From Clostridia bacterium (GTDB lineage Bacteria > Bacillota > Clostridia > UBA1212): a stretch of 64,000 nucleotides of DNA. Positions 7,773-16,464 of the stretch are shown here, piece by piece; position 1 is the first letter of the stretch; each line of letters begins with the position of its first letter. Position numbers and translations under genes: made by a program. The stretch lies in NCBI GenBank assembly GCA_017461545.1, contig JAFTXP010000022.1:497-64496 (forward strand). The letters are read 5' to 3'. The notes under the pieces are model-generated. The model was not told the DNA's origin and ran no database searches. It worked only from the letters and a program-made list of their open reading frames with translations.

Positions 7773-9155
7773 ATGATACACAGATATAAAATGGGAAATC
7801 TCAATATAGTTCTTGACATATATTCGGGTTCGGTACATGCAGTTGACGAGGTAGCATATGAGATGATAGGCATGTACGAGACTTGCGAAAAACACGAAAT
7901 TATTGATGCGATGCTCGGAAAATTTTCAGGAAGCGAGGGTGTTACACGCGAAGAGCTTACGGAGTGTTACGAACAGATAGGCGAGCTCAAGGCAGCCGGA
8001 AAGCTTTTCAAAGAAGATTCGTACAAGCCGCTTGCAGGTGCGCTCAAAGAGAGGAGTGCAAATGTCGTAAAGGCGCTTTGCTTACATATTGCCCACACAT
8101 GTAACCTTAATTGCTCATATTGTTTTGCAAGTCAGGGAAAATACTCGGGCGAAAGAGGCCTCATGAGTTTTGAGGTGGGAAAGCGTGCTCTTGATTTTCT
8201 CGTAGAAAACTCAGCCGGCAGAAGAAATCTTGAGGTTGACTTCTTCGGTGGCGAACCGCTTATGAATTTTGATGTTGTAAAGCAGCTTGTTGCATACGCA
8301 CGTTCAATAGAAAAGGACGCCGGCAAAAACTTCCGTTTCACGCTTACAACAAACGGTGTTTTGATTGATGACGATGTCATTGATTTTGCAAACCGTGAGA
8401 TGAGCAATGTCGTGCTGAGCCTTGACGGCAGAAAAGAAATTCACGACCGTTTCCGTGTGGACTACGCAGGTAACGGAAGTTGGGAGAGAATAGTACCTAA
8501 GTTTCAGAAACTCGTAGAGGCTCGCGGCGGCAAAAATTACTATATGCGCGGCACTTTTACACATGCAAACCCCGATTTTCTTAAAGATATAGAAAAAATG
8601 TTGGAGCTTGGTTTTAAAGAACTCAGCATGGAGCCTGTCGTATGTCCGCCGGACGATCCGTCAGCGCTTACGGCAGAAGATCTTCCTGTAGTTATGGAAC
8701 AGTATGAAAAGCTTGCTGAACTTATGCTGAAGAAGCACCGCGAGGGTGATCCGTTCACTTTCTATCACTACATGATTGACCTGACAGGCGGCCCGTGTAT
8801 ATATAAACGTCTTTCCGGTTGCGGTTCGGGCACCGAGTATATGGCGGTTACTCCTTGGGGCGATTTGTACCCATGCCACCAATTCGTCGGCGATGAAAAG
8901 TTCCGCCTCGGTGACATATGGACAGGTGTGACAAACAAAGAGATTCAAAACGAATTTGCTTCGTGCAATGTTTACGCGCGATCCGAATGTGACGACTGCT
9001 GGGCAAAGCTTTACTGCTCAGGCGGTTGTGCGGCAAACTCTTATCACGCCACCGGCTCCGTAAAAGGCATTTATTCGCAGGGTTGCGAGCTGTTCAGAAA
9101 GAGAATGGAATGTGCCGTTTATCTTGAGGTCGCAAAGGCTCTCGGCGAAGATTGA
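7773..9155 (+). CDS. scfB: SCIFF peptide radical SAM maturase (thioether cross-link forming, SPASM domain)
   Basis: CNLNCSYC radical SAM motif and a Cys-rich C-terminal SPASM region (CGSG...CHQF...CDDCWAKLYCSGGC). N-terminus MIHRYKMGNLNIVLD is typical of the family. Confidence 0.9.
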   Translation: MIHRYKMGNLNIVLDIYSGSVHAVDEVAYEMIGMYETCEKHEIIDAMLGKFSGSEGVTREELTECYEQIGELKAAGKLFKEDSYKPLAGALKERSANVVKALCLHIAHTCNLNCSYCFASQGKYSGERGLMSFEVGKRALDFLVENSAGRRNLEVDFFGGEPLMNFDVVKQLVAYARSIEKDAGKNFRFTLTTNGVLIDDDVIDFANREMSNVVLSLDGRKEIHDRFRVDYAGNGSWERIVPKFQKLVEARGGKNYYMRGTFTHANPDFLKDIEKMLELGFKELSMEPVVCPPDDPSALTAEDLPVVMEQYEKLAELMLKKHREGDPFTFYHYMIDLTGGPCIYKRLSGCGSGTEYMAVTPWGDLYPCHQFVGDEKFRLGDIWTGVTNKEIQNEFASCNVYARSECDDCWAKLYCSGGCAANSYHATGSVKGIYSQGCELFRKRMECAVYLEVAKALGED

Positions 9156-9187
9156 TTAGCGGTTGATTATTTACTGATGTTTAATGT

Positions 9188-10552
9188 ATGACAGAAATGA
9201 ATTCGAATACACCTATATGCGATTTTGTAAATGAATATATAAAAAAAGATGCAATGCGTCTTCATATGCCCGGTCACAAGGGGGTTGCTTTTGTCGGCCC
9301 TGAAAAGGCTGATATCACCGAAATCGAAGGTGCTGATGTGCTTTACAATATGAATCCGTGCGGTGATGAAAACGGTATAATACGCCAAAGCGAAAAAATC
9401 GCATCGGATTTGTTCGGAAGCGCCGAAACCCTTTATTCGACAGAGGGTTCGTCGCTTTGTATTCGTGCAATGCTTTTTATGGCAAAGCAATACGCCGCAT
9501 TGCACGAAAAGCGGTCTTGTATCGTCGCGCCGCGAAATGCACATCGCGTATTCGTCACAGCCGCGGCGCTCCTTGACCTTGACATCAAATGGTTTTTTCC
9601 GAGTGACGGAAACCTTATTTCCTGTGATATTGACTTGCAAGAACTTGATAAAATGATTGCGGATGAAAAGCCTGTTGCCCTTTATATAACGAGTCCCGAT
9701 TACCTTGGAAATATCGCAGACATAAAGGGTATAAGTACAGTTTGTAAAAAACACGGCGTTTTGCTTTTGGTTGACAATGCCCACGGCGCGTATCTGAAAT
9801 TCTTGCCGAAATCATCACATCCGATTGACCTGGGTGCCGATATGTGTTGCGATTCTGCGCACAAAACATTGCCGGCGCTCACAGGTTCTGCATATTTGCA
9901 TATTTCATCAAGTGCAGACGAAATGTTTATAAAAAATGCAACATACTCTATGTCGATGTTTGCGTCAACGAGCCCTTCGTACGTCATTCTTCAATCACTG
10001 GACATAATGAATTTATATATTTCCGAGAAAATAAAAGATGATATCTGCGCGGCTGCTGCGTGCGTTACAGATTTGAAAAGACGGTTGGCTGATGCAGGGT
10101 ATACTTTGATGGGTGATGAGCCTCTGAAATTGACATTGAAAACAAAGCCGTACGGATACTGCGGCAATGATTTTGCGGAACTTCTTGCAGAAAAAAATAT
10201 AATATGTGAGTTTTCGGATCCTGACTTTGTTGTGATGATGTTCAGCCCGCAGACTGAAAAATCTGAAACGGAAAGATTGGCAGATACATTGCTCGGAATT
10301 CCGAAATTGAAACAGATTGAGCAGTCTGCGCTGAGCTTTGTTGCTCCTGTGCGGGAATTGAATACAAAAACGGCTGTTTTTGCTCCTTTTGAGATAGTTC
10401 CGATAAAAGACGCAGTCGGGAGAATTTCTGCCGCTCCGAGCGTGAATTGCCCGCCTGCTGTGCCGATAGTCGTTTGCGGCGAAGTCATAGATGAAGCGGC
10501 AGTGAAATGTTTTGAATATTACGGCATCGAAAATTGTGCGGTGGTAAGGTGA
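9188..10552 (+). CDS. Orn/Lys/Arg decarboxylase-family PLP enzyme (YaaO-like)
   Basis: LHMPGHKG N-terminal motif and DSAHKTLPALTGSAYLH (PLP lysine). Confidence 0.8.
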   Translation: MTEMNSNTPICDFVNEYIKKDAMRLHMPGHKGVAFVGPEKADITEIEGADVLYNMNPCGDENGIIRQSEKIASDLFGSAETLYSTEGSSLCIRAMLFMAKQYAALHEKRSCIVAPRNAHRVFVTAAALLDLDIKWFFPSDGNLISCDIDLQELDKMIADEKPVALYITSPDYLGNIADIKGISTVCKKHGVLLLVDNAHGAYLKFLPKSSHPIDLGADMCCDSAHKTLPALTGSAYLHISSSADEMFIKNATYSMSMFASTSPSYVILQSLDIMNLYISEKIKDDICAAAACVTDLKRRLADAGYTLMGDEPLKLTLKTKPYGYCGNDFAELLAEKNIICEFSDPDFVVMMFSPQTEKSETERLADTLLGIPKLKQIEQSALSFVAPVRELNTKTAVFAPFEIVPIKDAVGRISAAPSVNCPPAVPIVVCGEVIDEAAVKCFEYYGIENCAVVR

Positions 10553-10564
10553 GGAGCGTAGTTT

Positions 10565-10996
10565 TTAATCTTTATCAGATTCTTCTGCGAGCTTGTTTAT
10601 AAATGCGTCGGGCGTATAAATCGGAATATTTGATTTTTCAAAATCACAGACATTTCTGGTAATTATGCAGTCAATTTCAGAACGTAAGGCTGCTTCTTCT
10701 ATCAAAGCGTCTTCGTAATCTTTGATGGGAGAGGGGAGCGCACGAAGGCAATCTATTCCCATAGTGTCTGCGACATCAAAAAGCGTAAATAATTTGCTGA
10801 GAACGAGTCTTGATTCTTTGTCACTGTGTGTAAAACGGTGCATTATGTAATATATGTCCGATACGGAGTTTGCAGTTATGTATCCTATATAACGGTTATT
10901 TGCTGCCATCAAAAAAATATTTTGTGCGTCTTTCGCAAATGGTTCGCGGTTTTGCATAGCATCAATAATGATGCAAGTATCTATCAATGCTCTCAT
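10565..10996 (-). CDS. PIN-domain toxin (VapC-like)
   Basis: MRALIDTCIIID N-terminus. It has a 4-nt overlap with the upstream antitoxin ORF. Confidence 0.75.
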   Translation of the reverse strand: MRALIDTCIIIDAMQNREPFAKDAQNIFLMAANNRYIGYITANSVSDIYYIMHRFTHSDKESRLVLSKLFTLFDVADTMGIDCLRALPSPIKDYEDALIEEAALRSEIDCIITRNVCDFEKSNIPIYTPDAFINKLAEESDKD

Positions 10997-11208
10997 TTTT
11001 TATCTTTTCTTTCCTTACGTACATCATCTGTTGGAAAGTCGTCCGGTATGATTCCGAAAAGCGACTTTGCAATATCGACCTTTTCCTGAAAAGGATTTGT
11101 CAGTTTAGATATTACTTTCCCGTTTTTTGTTATATATATATCCTCTGTTGCGGAGAGCAGAAGATATTTGCCGAGATTTTTTTTGAGTTCGGTTGCTGTA
11201 ATTGACAT
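10993..11208 (-). CDS. Phd/YefM-type antitoxin
   Basis: MSITATELKKNLGKYL...ITKNGKVISKL. 71 aa, with an ATGA overlap onto the PIN gene. Confidence 0.7.
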   Translation of the reverse strand: MSITATELKKNLGKYLLLSATEDIYITKNGKVISKLTNPFQEKVDIAKSLFGIIPDDFPTDDVRKERKDKK

Positions 11209-11233
11209 GGAAATTTACCTCCTTTTTGTTTAT

Positions 11234-11262
11234 AGTATATGTAAATCGTACGATTTTATCAA
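11234..11262 (-). promoter_or_regulatory. TA promoter with operator palindrome in the spacer
   Basis: Minus strand reads TTGATA (11262-11257), 17 nt, TATACT (11239-11234). The perfect 14-bp palindrome aaatcgtacgattt (11243-11256) lies inside the spacer. A half-site aaaatcgtac sits at 11264-11273. Confidence 0.5.
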
Positions 11263-11402
11263 TAAAATCGTACAAAAATATTTTCCCGGGAAATGTAAAA
11301 TTTTACATTTTGCATCCGATTGATCATTGTTTCTTGCTTGAAATAAAATAATACTGTATTATTGATAGCAATAATACACATGAATTACGGAGTGATAATT
11401 AA

Positions 11403-12134
11403 ATGAGAAAAAGTAAAATATTAAGTTTTTTTGCAATAGTTTTCACTGTTGTGACTTTAGTTTCTATGATGTGGCCGCTTGCCGTATATGCAGATGGAGA
11501 GAGCTATACCGTCATATTTGATGCAAATGGTGGTGTTTGTGATACGGAGAGTATGGATACCGGTGCGGACGGAACTTTGGAATCACTTCCTGCTGCAACA
11601 CGTGAGGGTTATGAGTTTGCTGGCTGGTACACGGATATTGAGGGTGGAGAATATGTTTTTGAAAATCATATCTATGATATTGATACAACTCTTTTTGCTC
11701 ATTGGGATTATGTGACGGTTCCCTTTGTGGAAAGTCCTACAGAGGCTCAGATTATAACTGCAAAAGTCGGTGAGACAGTGTCTTTCTCAATATCGCAGAA
11801 ATATGCAGATGATATTCGCTGGTTTGTTAACCGCAATGACGGAGGCGATCCTTCGGAGTTGGAAGAAGACTTTTACACAACCGTTACGATAGAAAATATT
11901 CCGGAAAGTTACGAGGGATATGTGTTTTTTTGCGAGCTCACAAACGAAATGGGAACCACACTCAGCCCGTCATTTACCATTGATTTAGAGGGTGTGGAGA
12001 TAGAGTACAAGACTGAAACCCCGGAGCCTGAAGACGGTTTAAATGTTGGAGCAATAATTGCGATTATTGTAGTTGCTGCGATTATCATAACGGCTGTTGT
12101 AACTGTCATAGTAATAAAGAAAAAGAAAAAATAA
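11403..12134 (+). CDS. surface protein with Listeria-Bacteroides (Flg_new) repeat, signal peptide and C-terminal TM anchor
   Basis: YTVIFDANGG...LPAATREGYEFAGWYTD motif, N-terminal signal sequence, and C-terminal IIAIIVVAAIIITAVVTVIVIKKKKK. Confidence 0.7.
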   Translation: MRKSKILSFFAIVFTVVTLVSMMWPLAVYADGESYTVIFDANGGVCDTESMDTGADGTLESLPAATREGYEFAGWYTDIEGGEYVFENHIYDIDTTLFAHWDYVTVPFVESPTEAQIITAKVGETVSFSISQKYADDIRWFVNRNDGGDPSELEEDFYTTVTIENIPESYEGYVFFCELTNEMGTTLSPSFTIDLEGVEIEYKTETPEPEDGLNVGAIIAIIVVAAIIITAVVTVIVIKKKKK

Positions 12135-12135
12135 A

Positions 12136-12627
12136 TTATTGGCACTTGCCGTTTCGCCAGCCTTTGATTTCGCCGCATGCAATTTTTTTTCCGGAATTTC
12201 CTGCCGGCTGTGATATAAAGTCGTCTGTCCCTGAATGTATGATGACGGTTTTTCTCAGGATTTCATTTACACAAAATCTGTCTGTTAAAAAAAGGCTGAA
12301 GGCATATCCTTTATTGCCGAACAACGGCGGCATATCGCCGGCGTGGCGGGGATGTGTACAATTATTTGGATTATAATGTACGCCGGACTTCGGAAACGGA
12401 GTTTCGGCGTTTTTGTCTTCGCAGCAGGAGTTTCCGTCATGAATGTGAAATGCAAATATATCTTTTTTGCATATTTCGTTTCCGCACGGCAGTCCGAATA
12501 TTTCTGCTGCAACAAGAGTTCCCTTTTTGGTTTGGTAAAAATTAACGCATCCGCGAATGTTCGGGAAAGATTCGCTTCCTTTGATCTGCGCAATCGCATT
12601 TGGTTTTTGTTTTAATATTGAAAACAT
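12136..12627 (-). CDS. sodC: Cu/Zn superoxide dismutase family protein (no signal peptide)
   Basis: FHIHDGNSC, HPRHAGDMPPL and VIIHSGTDD ligand motifs. Confidence 0.75.
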   Translation of the reverse strand: MFSILKQKPNAIAQIKGSESFPNIRGCVNFYQTKKGTLVAAEIFGLPCGNEICKKDIFAFHIHDGNSCCEDKNAETPFPKSGVHYNPNNCTHPRHAGDMPPLFGNKGYAFSLFLTDRFCVNEILRKTVIIHSGTDDFISQPAGNSGKKIACGEIKGWRNGKCQ

Positions 12628-12742
12628 AATAACACGCCCTTTGTATTTGTAATGTTATTATATTTTTTTCTTCTGCAATCTGTGATTATATTTATATTAA
12701 CAAAACGGATTACACTGCAGTAAAGAGTAAATAAAAAAACTA

Positions 12743-12773
12743 TTGACAATATATACTATGCGACGTATAGTAT
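12743..12773 (+). promoter_or_regulatory. padR promoter with overlapping inverted repeat
   Basis: TTGACA (12743-12748), 17 nt, TATAGT (12766-12771). Inverted repeat ATACTAT (12753-59) / ATAGTAT (12767-73). Confidence 0.5.
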
Positions 12774-12793
12774 TATGCAAAAGGAGGTATGAC

Positions 12794-13114
12794 ATGGACA
12801 TTCAGTTAAAGAGAGGTCTTTTAGATGTTTGTGTTCTTGCTGCTATAAAAAATGAAGATTCCTACGGGTATCAGATTATTAAAGATATGAAGCCTTATGT
12901 AGAAATTTCTGAATCCACTCTTTATCCGATTCTCAGAAGGCTTGAAGCAGGAGATCTTTTGACGGTAAGAACTGCTGAACATAACGGAAGACTCCGAAAG
13001 TACTACCATATCACTCCGTTGGGACTTAAGCGTATTGAAGCGTTTAAAGAGGAATGGAATGAGATAATGTCGATTTATAAGTTTGTTATCAGGGAGGAAA
13101 CAACTAATGAATAA
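12794..13114 (+). CDS. PadR family transcriptional regulator
   Basis: LDVCVLAAIKNEDSYGYQIIKDM...STLYPILRRLEAGDLL. AAGGAGG lies before ATG 12794. Confidence 0.85.
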   Translation: MDIQLKRGLLDVCVLAAIKNEDSYGYQIIKDMKPYVEISESTLYPILRRLEAGDLLTVRTAEHNGRLRKYYHITPLGLKRIEAFKEEWNEIMSIYKFVIREETTNE

Positions 13115-13709
13115 AGATGAATTTCTTTCTGCTCTCCGTGGTAAATTATCCGTATTGCCGAAAGAAGATATTGAAAAATCAGTTGAATATTACAGTGAAA
13201 TTGTAGATGACCGTATTGAAGATGGCATAAGCGAAGAAGAAGCGGTAAATGCGATAGGCACCGTTGACGAAATTGCTTCGCAGATTTTGTTGGAGACATC
13301 ACTTCCGAAATTGGTCAAAGAGAGGATAAAGCCGGGACGTGCATTGAAAGCATGGGAAATTGTACTGCTTGTATTGGGTTTTCCTGTATGGTTTCCGTTG
13401 ATTTTGGCTGCAGTTATTATTGTACTTGCGGTGTACATAGTTATTTGGTCACTCGTAGTGAGTTTATACGCGATAGTTGTTTCAATTGGTGCGTGTGGAA
13501 TTGTGTTGCTCCTTATGAGTGGAATATTTTTGTCAACCGGGAGAATTCCGCAAGGCTTGCTTTGCATAGGAGCGGGTTTGTTATTTGCAGGAATAACAAT
13601 ATTGGCATTCTTTGCATCTAACCAAGCGGCCAAAGGTATTTTATGGATTAGTAAAAAATTTTTATCGGGCATTAAGCTTTGTTTTGCAGGAAAGAGGGAT
13701 GTACAATGA
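13107..13709 (+). CDS. DUF1700 membrane protein
   Basis: MNKDEFLSALRGKLSVLPKEDIEKSVEYYSE followed by a multi-TM C-terminus. It overlaps the padR stop. Confidence 0.75.
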   Translation: MNKDEFLSALRGKLSVLPKEDIEKSVEYYSEIVDDRIEDGISEEEAVNAIGTVDEIASQILLETSLPKLVKERIKPGRALKAWEIVLLVLGFPVWFPLILAAVIIVLAVYIVIWSLVVSLYAIVVSIGACGIVLLLMSGIFLSTGRIPQGLLCIGAGLLFAGITILAFFASNQAAKGILWISKKFLSGIKLCFAGKRDVQ

Positions 13710-14668
13710 AAAAGTCTAAAAAGATTGCGTTGGCGGTTGCATGTATTCTGATAGCCGGCGGAATTTGTATTTCCGTAGGTGCAATGTTTGTAATGGATTT
13801 TAAATTAGAGGAGATAAGCAGTGTGAAGCCTGTAAGCAATTCATATAATATAAGTGAAAATTTTTCGGGAATATCGGTAGATGGTGCGGAGTGTGATGTT
13901 TTGTTTGCCGTTTCAAACGATGATACCTGCAATGTAGTTTGTGATGAAAGCGACAAGGTTTATCATTTGGTAACGGTTGAGAATGATACATTGACAATTA
14001 AAAGAAAGGATACGCGAAAGTGGTATGAATATATAGGATTTTTTTGGACGAAGATGAAAGTTACGGTGTACTTGCCGCAAAGTGAATACGGTGCATTAAA
14101 TGTTTCGATCGCAAGCGGCGATGCGGAAATCGGAGGCAACTTACATTTTGAGGAGGCAAAACTGTCCTCTGCGAGCGGCGATATCATTTTTTCGGGAACT
14201 GTACAAAAATCATTGTCATTAAAAGTTGCAAGCGGCAATGTTAAAGTCAGTAATTCTTTCTCAGAGAGTCTGGATGCAAAGTCTGCCAGCGGTGATATAA
14301 AGATAAGTTCTTTTAAAGCCACGGGAGATATGCATTTAAAGTGTGCGAGCGGCGATATTGAAATTGTCGATGCGGAGTGCCTGAATATGAAGGCAGAAGC
14401 CGCAAGCGGCGATATAGAATTTTCAAGGGTTGTTGCCGTGGGACATTCAGCTGTTGAGACTGCAAGCGGTGATATTGAACTTTCGGATTGTGATTCTGCG
14501 ACGCTTTTTCTTAAGTCCGGCAGCGGAGATATTACGGGAACATTGCTTACTGAAAAGATTTTTTATACTGATACCGGCAGCGGAAAGGTAAGAGTACCTT
14601 ATTCGTCTGATGGCGGAAAGTGTGAAATAAAGACCGGCAGCGGTAATATAGAATTCAGTATAAAATAG
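13706..14668 (+). CDS. DUF4097 (putative adhesin/beta-helix) protein
   Basis: Eleven [AG]SG[DNK][IVA] repeats at roughly 19-21 aa spacing, an N-terminal TM, and an ATGA overlap with the upstream gene. Confidence 0.75.
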   Translation: MKKSKKIALAVACILIAGGICISVGAMFVMDFKLEEISSVKPVSNSYNISENFSGISVDGAECDVLFAVSNDDTCNVVCDESDKVYHLVTVENDTLTIKRKDTRKWYEYIGFFWTKMKVTVYLPQSEYGALNVSIASGDAEIGGNLHFEEAKLSSASGDIIFSGTVQKSLSLKVASGNVKVSNSFSESLDAKSASGDIKISSFKATGDMHLKCASGDIEIVDAECLNMKAEAASGDIEFSRVVAVGHSAVETASGDIELSDCDSATLFLKSGSGDITGTLLTEKIFYTDTGSGKVRVPYSSDGGKCEIKTGSGNIEFSIK

Positions 14669-14705
14669 TTTTAAAAGAATATTTGAGAAGAGAAATTATA
14701 ACAAA

Positions 14706-14732
14706 AACGCCATCTGCGATGCAGATGGCGTT
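14706..14732. terminator. bidirectional terminator
   Basis: aacgccatctgc gat gcagatggcgtt forms a 12-bp stem, flanked by an A-run and a T-run. Confidence 0.6.
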
Positions 14733-14737
14733 TACTA

Positions 14738-14809
14738 TGACTCCTAGGGGAATCGAACCCCTGTTTTCGCCGTGAGAGGGCGACGTCTTAGCCTCTTGAC
14801 CAAGGAGCC
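14738..14809 (-). tRNA. tRNA-Glu (anticodon CUC), CCA not encoded
   Basis: The reverse complement folds as a cloverleaf: acceptor GGCTCCT/AGGAGTC, anticodon stem TCGCC/GGCGA, loop CTCTCAC, T-loop TTCGATT. Length 72 nt. Confidence 0.85.
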
Positions 14810-14852
14810 GTATACAAATTTGTAAGTGCTGTGTTTTCGCAACAGCTTTGAC

Positions 14853-14881
14853 ATTATAACCTATGTATTGTAAAATATCAA
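14853..14881 (-). promoter_or_regulatory. near-consensus promoter for tRNA-Glu
   Basis: Minus strand reads TTGATA (14881-14876), 17 nt, TATAAT (14858-14853), about 42 nt upstream of the tRNA 5-prime end. Confidence 0.55.
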
Positions 14882-14913
14882 CATCTAATTTCAAAAAATT
14901 TTGAAAAAAATTT

Positions 14914-16464
14914 TTGGGGATTAAGTTTTCTTTTTTAGAGGTTTTTACTTTGAGGTTACCTGAAGAGTTTGAAAAGAATATGATTTCGCTTTTAGGCGAA
15001 GATGAATTTAAAGAGTATAAAGCGGTGCTTGATGATGAACGTTACTACGGCATGAGGGCGAATACTCTTAAAATATCGGTTGATGATTTCAAAAAAATTG
15101 CGCGCGATAAACTCGGAGCTTATGATGATGTTCCGTGGTGTTCAGAGGGTGTTTACTATAAAGACAGTTTTCCCGGAAGGCATCCGTTTTATCATGCGGG
15201 ACTTTATTATATCCAAGAGCCGAGCGCTATGTATCCTGCGGCTTCGCTCAGACCTGCTCCGGGAGAGAGAGTTCTTGATATATGTGCGGCTCCGGGCGGA
15301 AAGACTACGCATCTTGCGGCAAGTCTTTGCGGAGAGGGTATTTTAGTTTCAAACGATATAAGTGAGGAGCGCGTAAAGGCTCTCGTTAAAAATGTAGAGC
15401 TTGTCGGCGCAAAAAATGTAATTATTACAAACGAGACGCCGGAGAAGCTGAGTAAAAATTTTCCGGAGTGGTTTGACAAAATACTTGTTGATGCGCCTTG
15501 CTCCGGAGAGGGAATGTTCAGAAAAGACGAAGATGCCGTAAAAAGCTGGGAGAATTTCAAATCTCAAAAATGCCGTGATATGCAGGATGAGATACTTGAC
15601 AGCGTACACAAGATGCTTAAGCCCGGCGGACTTCTTCTTTATTCAACATGCACATTTTCTCCTCTTGAAAATGAACAGACGGTTTCAGATTTCATTGAAA
15701 AATACGGTTGTTATGAGACTGTTCCTCTTAATAAATGTGCGGGGATATGTGACGCTGTCCCTGCTTGGTGTGATAACGGCGCAGAGTATAATCTTGAGAA
15801 TGCCGCAAGGCTTTGGCCTCACAAGATAAAAGGCGAGGGTCATTTTACAGCACTTCTCAGAAAAACAGGGGAAAGCGAAGCAGATGTCGCTTACTCGAAT
15901 GGCTCAGACGGTGTATATTACGAAGAACCCGTTTCTAAAAAGAAGAAAAAAGATAAAAACCGTGAGTCAAACAAATCAAAGAGCTACAAAAAAATTCAGG
16001 GTATTCCCGAGTCGCTTAAAGCTTTTTATAAAAAATATATGCAAAGTGAACCGTGGGAGGGCAGTTACTTTATAATGGGTACGAATATGTATTATCTGCC
16101 TGAAGAACCGCCGATGATTGACGGCCTGAAAATAGCCCGTGCAGGCGTTTTCGTAGGTTCGGTGGAATACGAGAAGTTCAAACCGTCGCATCCTTTTGCA
16201 ATGGCTCTAAACGCCTCTGATTTCAAATCCATTATTGACTTTGAACCTGACGGCAACGATATTCAAAGATATCTTAAAGGCGAAACTATTTCATCGTACG
16301 AAGACGGCTCGCTTGCTTTTCGATGCGGAGAGAAATGCAACGTTTCGGAGCTTCCCGACGGGTACGCGGCAGTATGTGCCGGCGGATATATTGTCGGACT
16401 CGGAATGATACAGGGCGGCGTGATGAAAAATCTTTATCCTAAGGGCTGGAGGCGTATGCGATGA
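14914..16464 (+). CDS. rsmF: NOL1/NOP2/Sun family rRNA m5C methyltransferase (RsmF/RsmB-like)
   Basis: DICAAPGGKT and DAPCSGEGMFRK motifs. The true start is possibly TTG 14950 (MRLPEEFEKNM). Confidence 0.8.
   Translation: MGIKFSFLEVFTLRLPEEFEKNMISLLGEDEFKEYKAVLDDERYYGMRANTLKISVDDFKKIARDKLGAYDDVPWCSEGVYYKDSFPGRHPFYHAGLYYIQEPSAMYPAASLRPAPGERVLDICAAPGGKTTHLAASLCGEGILVSNDISEERVKALVKNVELVGAKNVIITNETPEKLSKNFPEWFDKILVDAPCSGEGMFRKDEDAVKSWENFKSQKCRDMQDEILDSVHKMLKPGGLLLYSTCTFSPLENEQTVSDFIEKYGCYETVPLNKCAGICDAVPAWCDNGAEYNLENAARLWPHKIKGEGHFTALLRKTGESEADVAYSNGSDGVYYEEPVSKKKKKDKNRESNKSKSYKKIQGIPESLKAFYKKYMQSEPWEGSYFIMGTNMYYLPEEPPMIDGLKIARAGVFVGSVEYEKFKPSHPFAMALNASDFKSIIDFEPDGNDIQRYLKGETISSYEDGSLAFRCGEKCNVSELPDGYAAVCAGGYIVGLGMIQGGVMKNLYPKGWRRMR

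Noticed and set aside
9167-10488. Long antisense ORFs (205 aa and 165 aa) opposite the decarboxylase gene
   Set aside because: They have no RBS and low-complexity or odd composition. The sense frame carries clear PLP-enzyme motifs.
13190-13672. 160-aa antisense ORF in the DUF1700 gene. The same reasoning applies to 16500-17027, 31489-32010, 34248-34712, 39555-39980 and 54556-55029.
   Set aside because: All lie opposite genes with recognisable motifs and lack start signals.
14655-14894. 79-aa minus-strand ORF
   Set aside because: It spans the tRNA-Glu gene and its terminator, so it is not coding.
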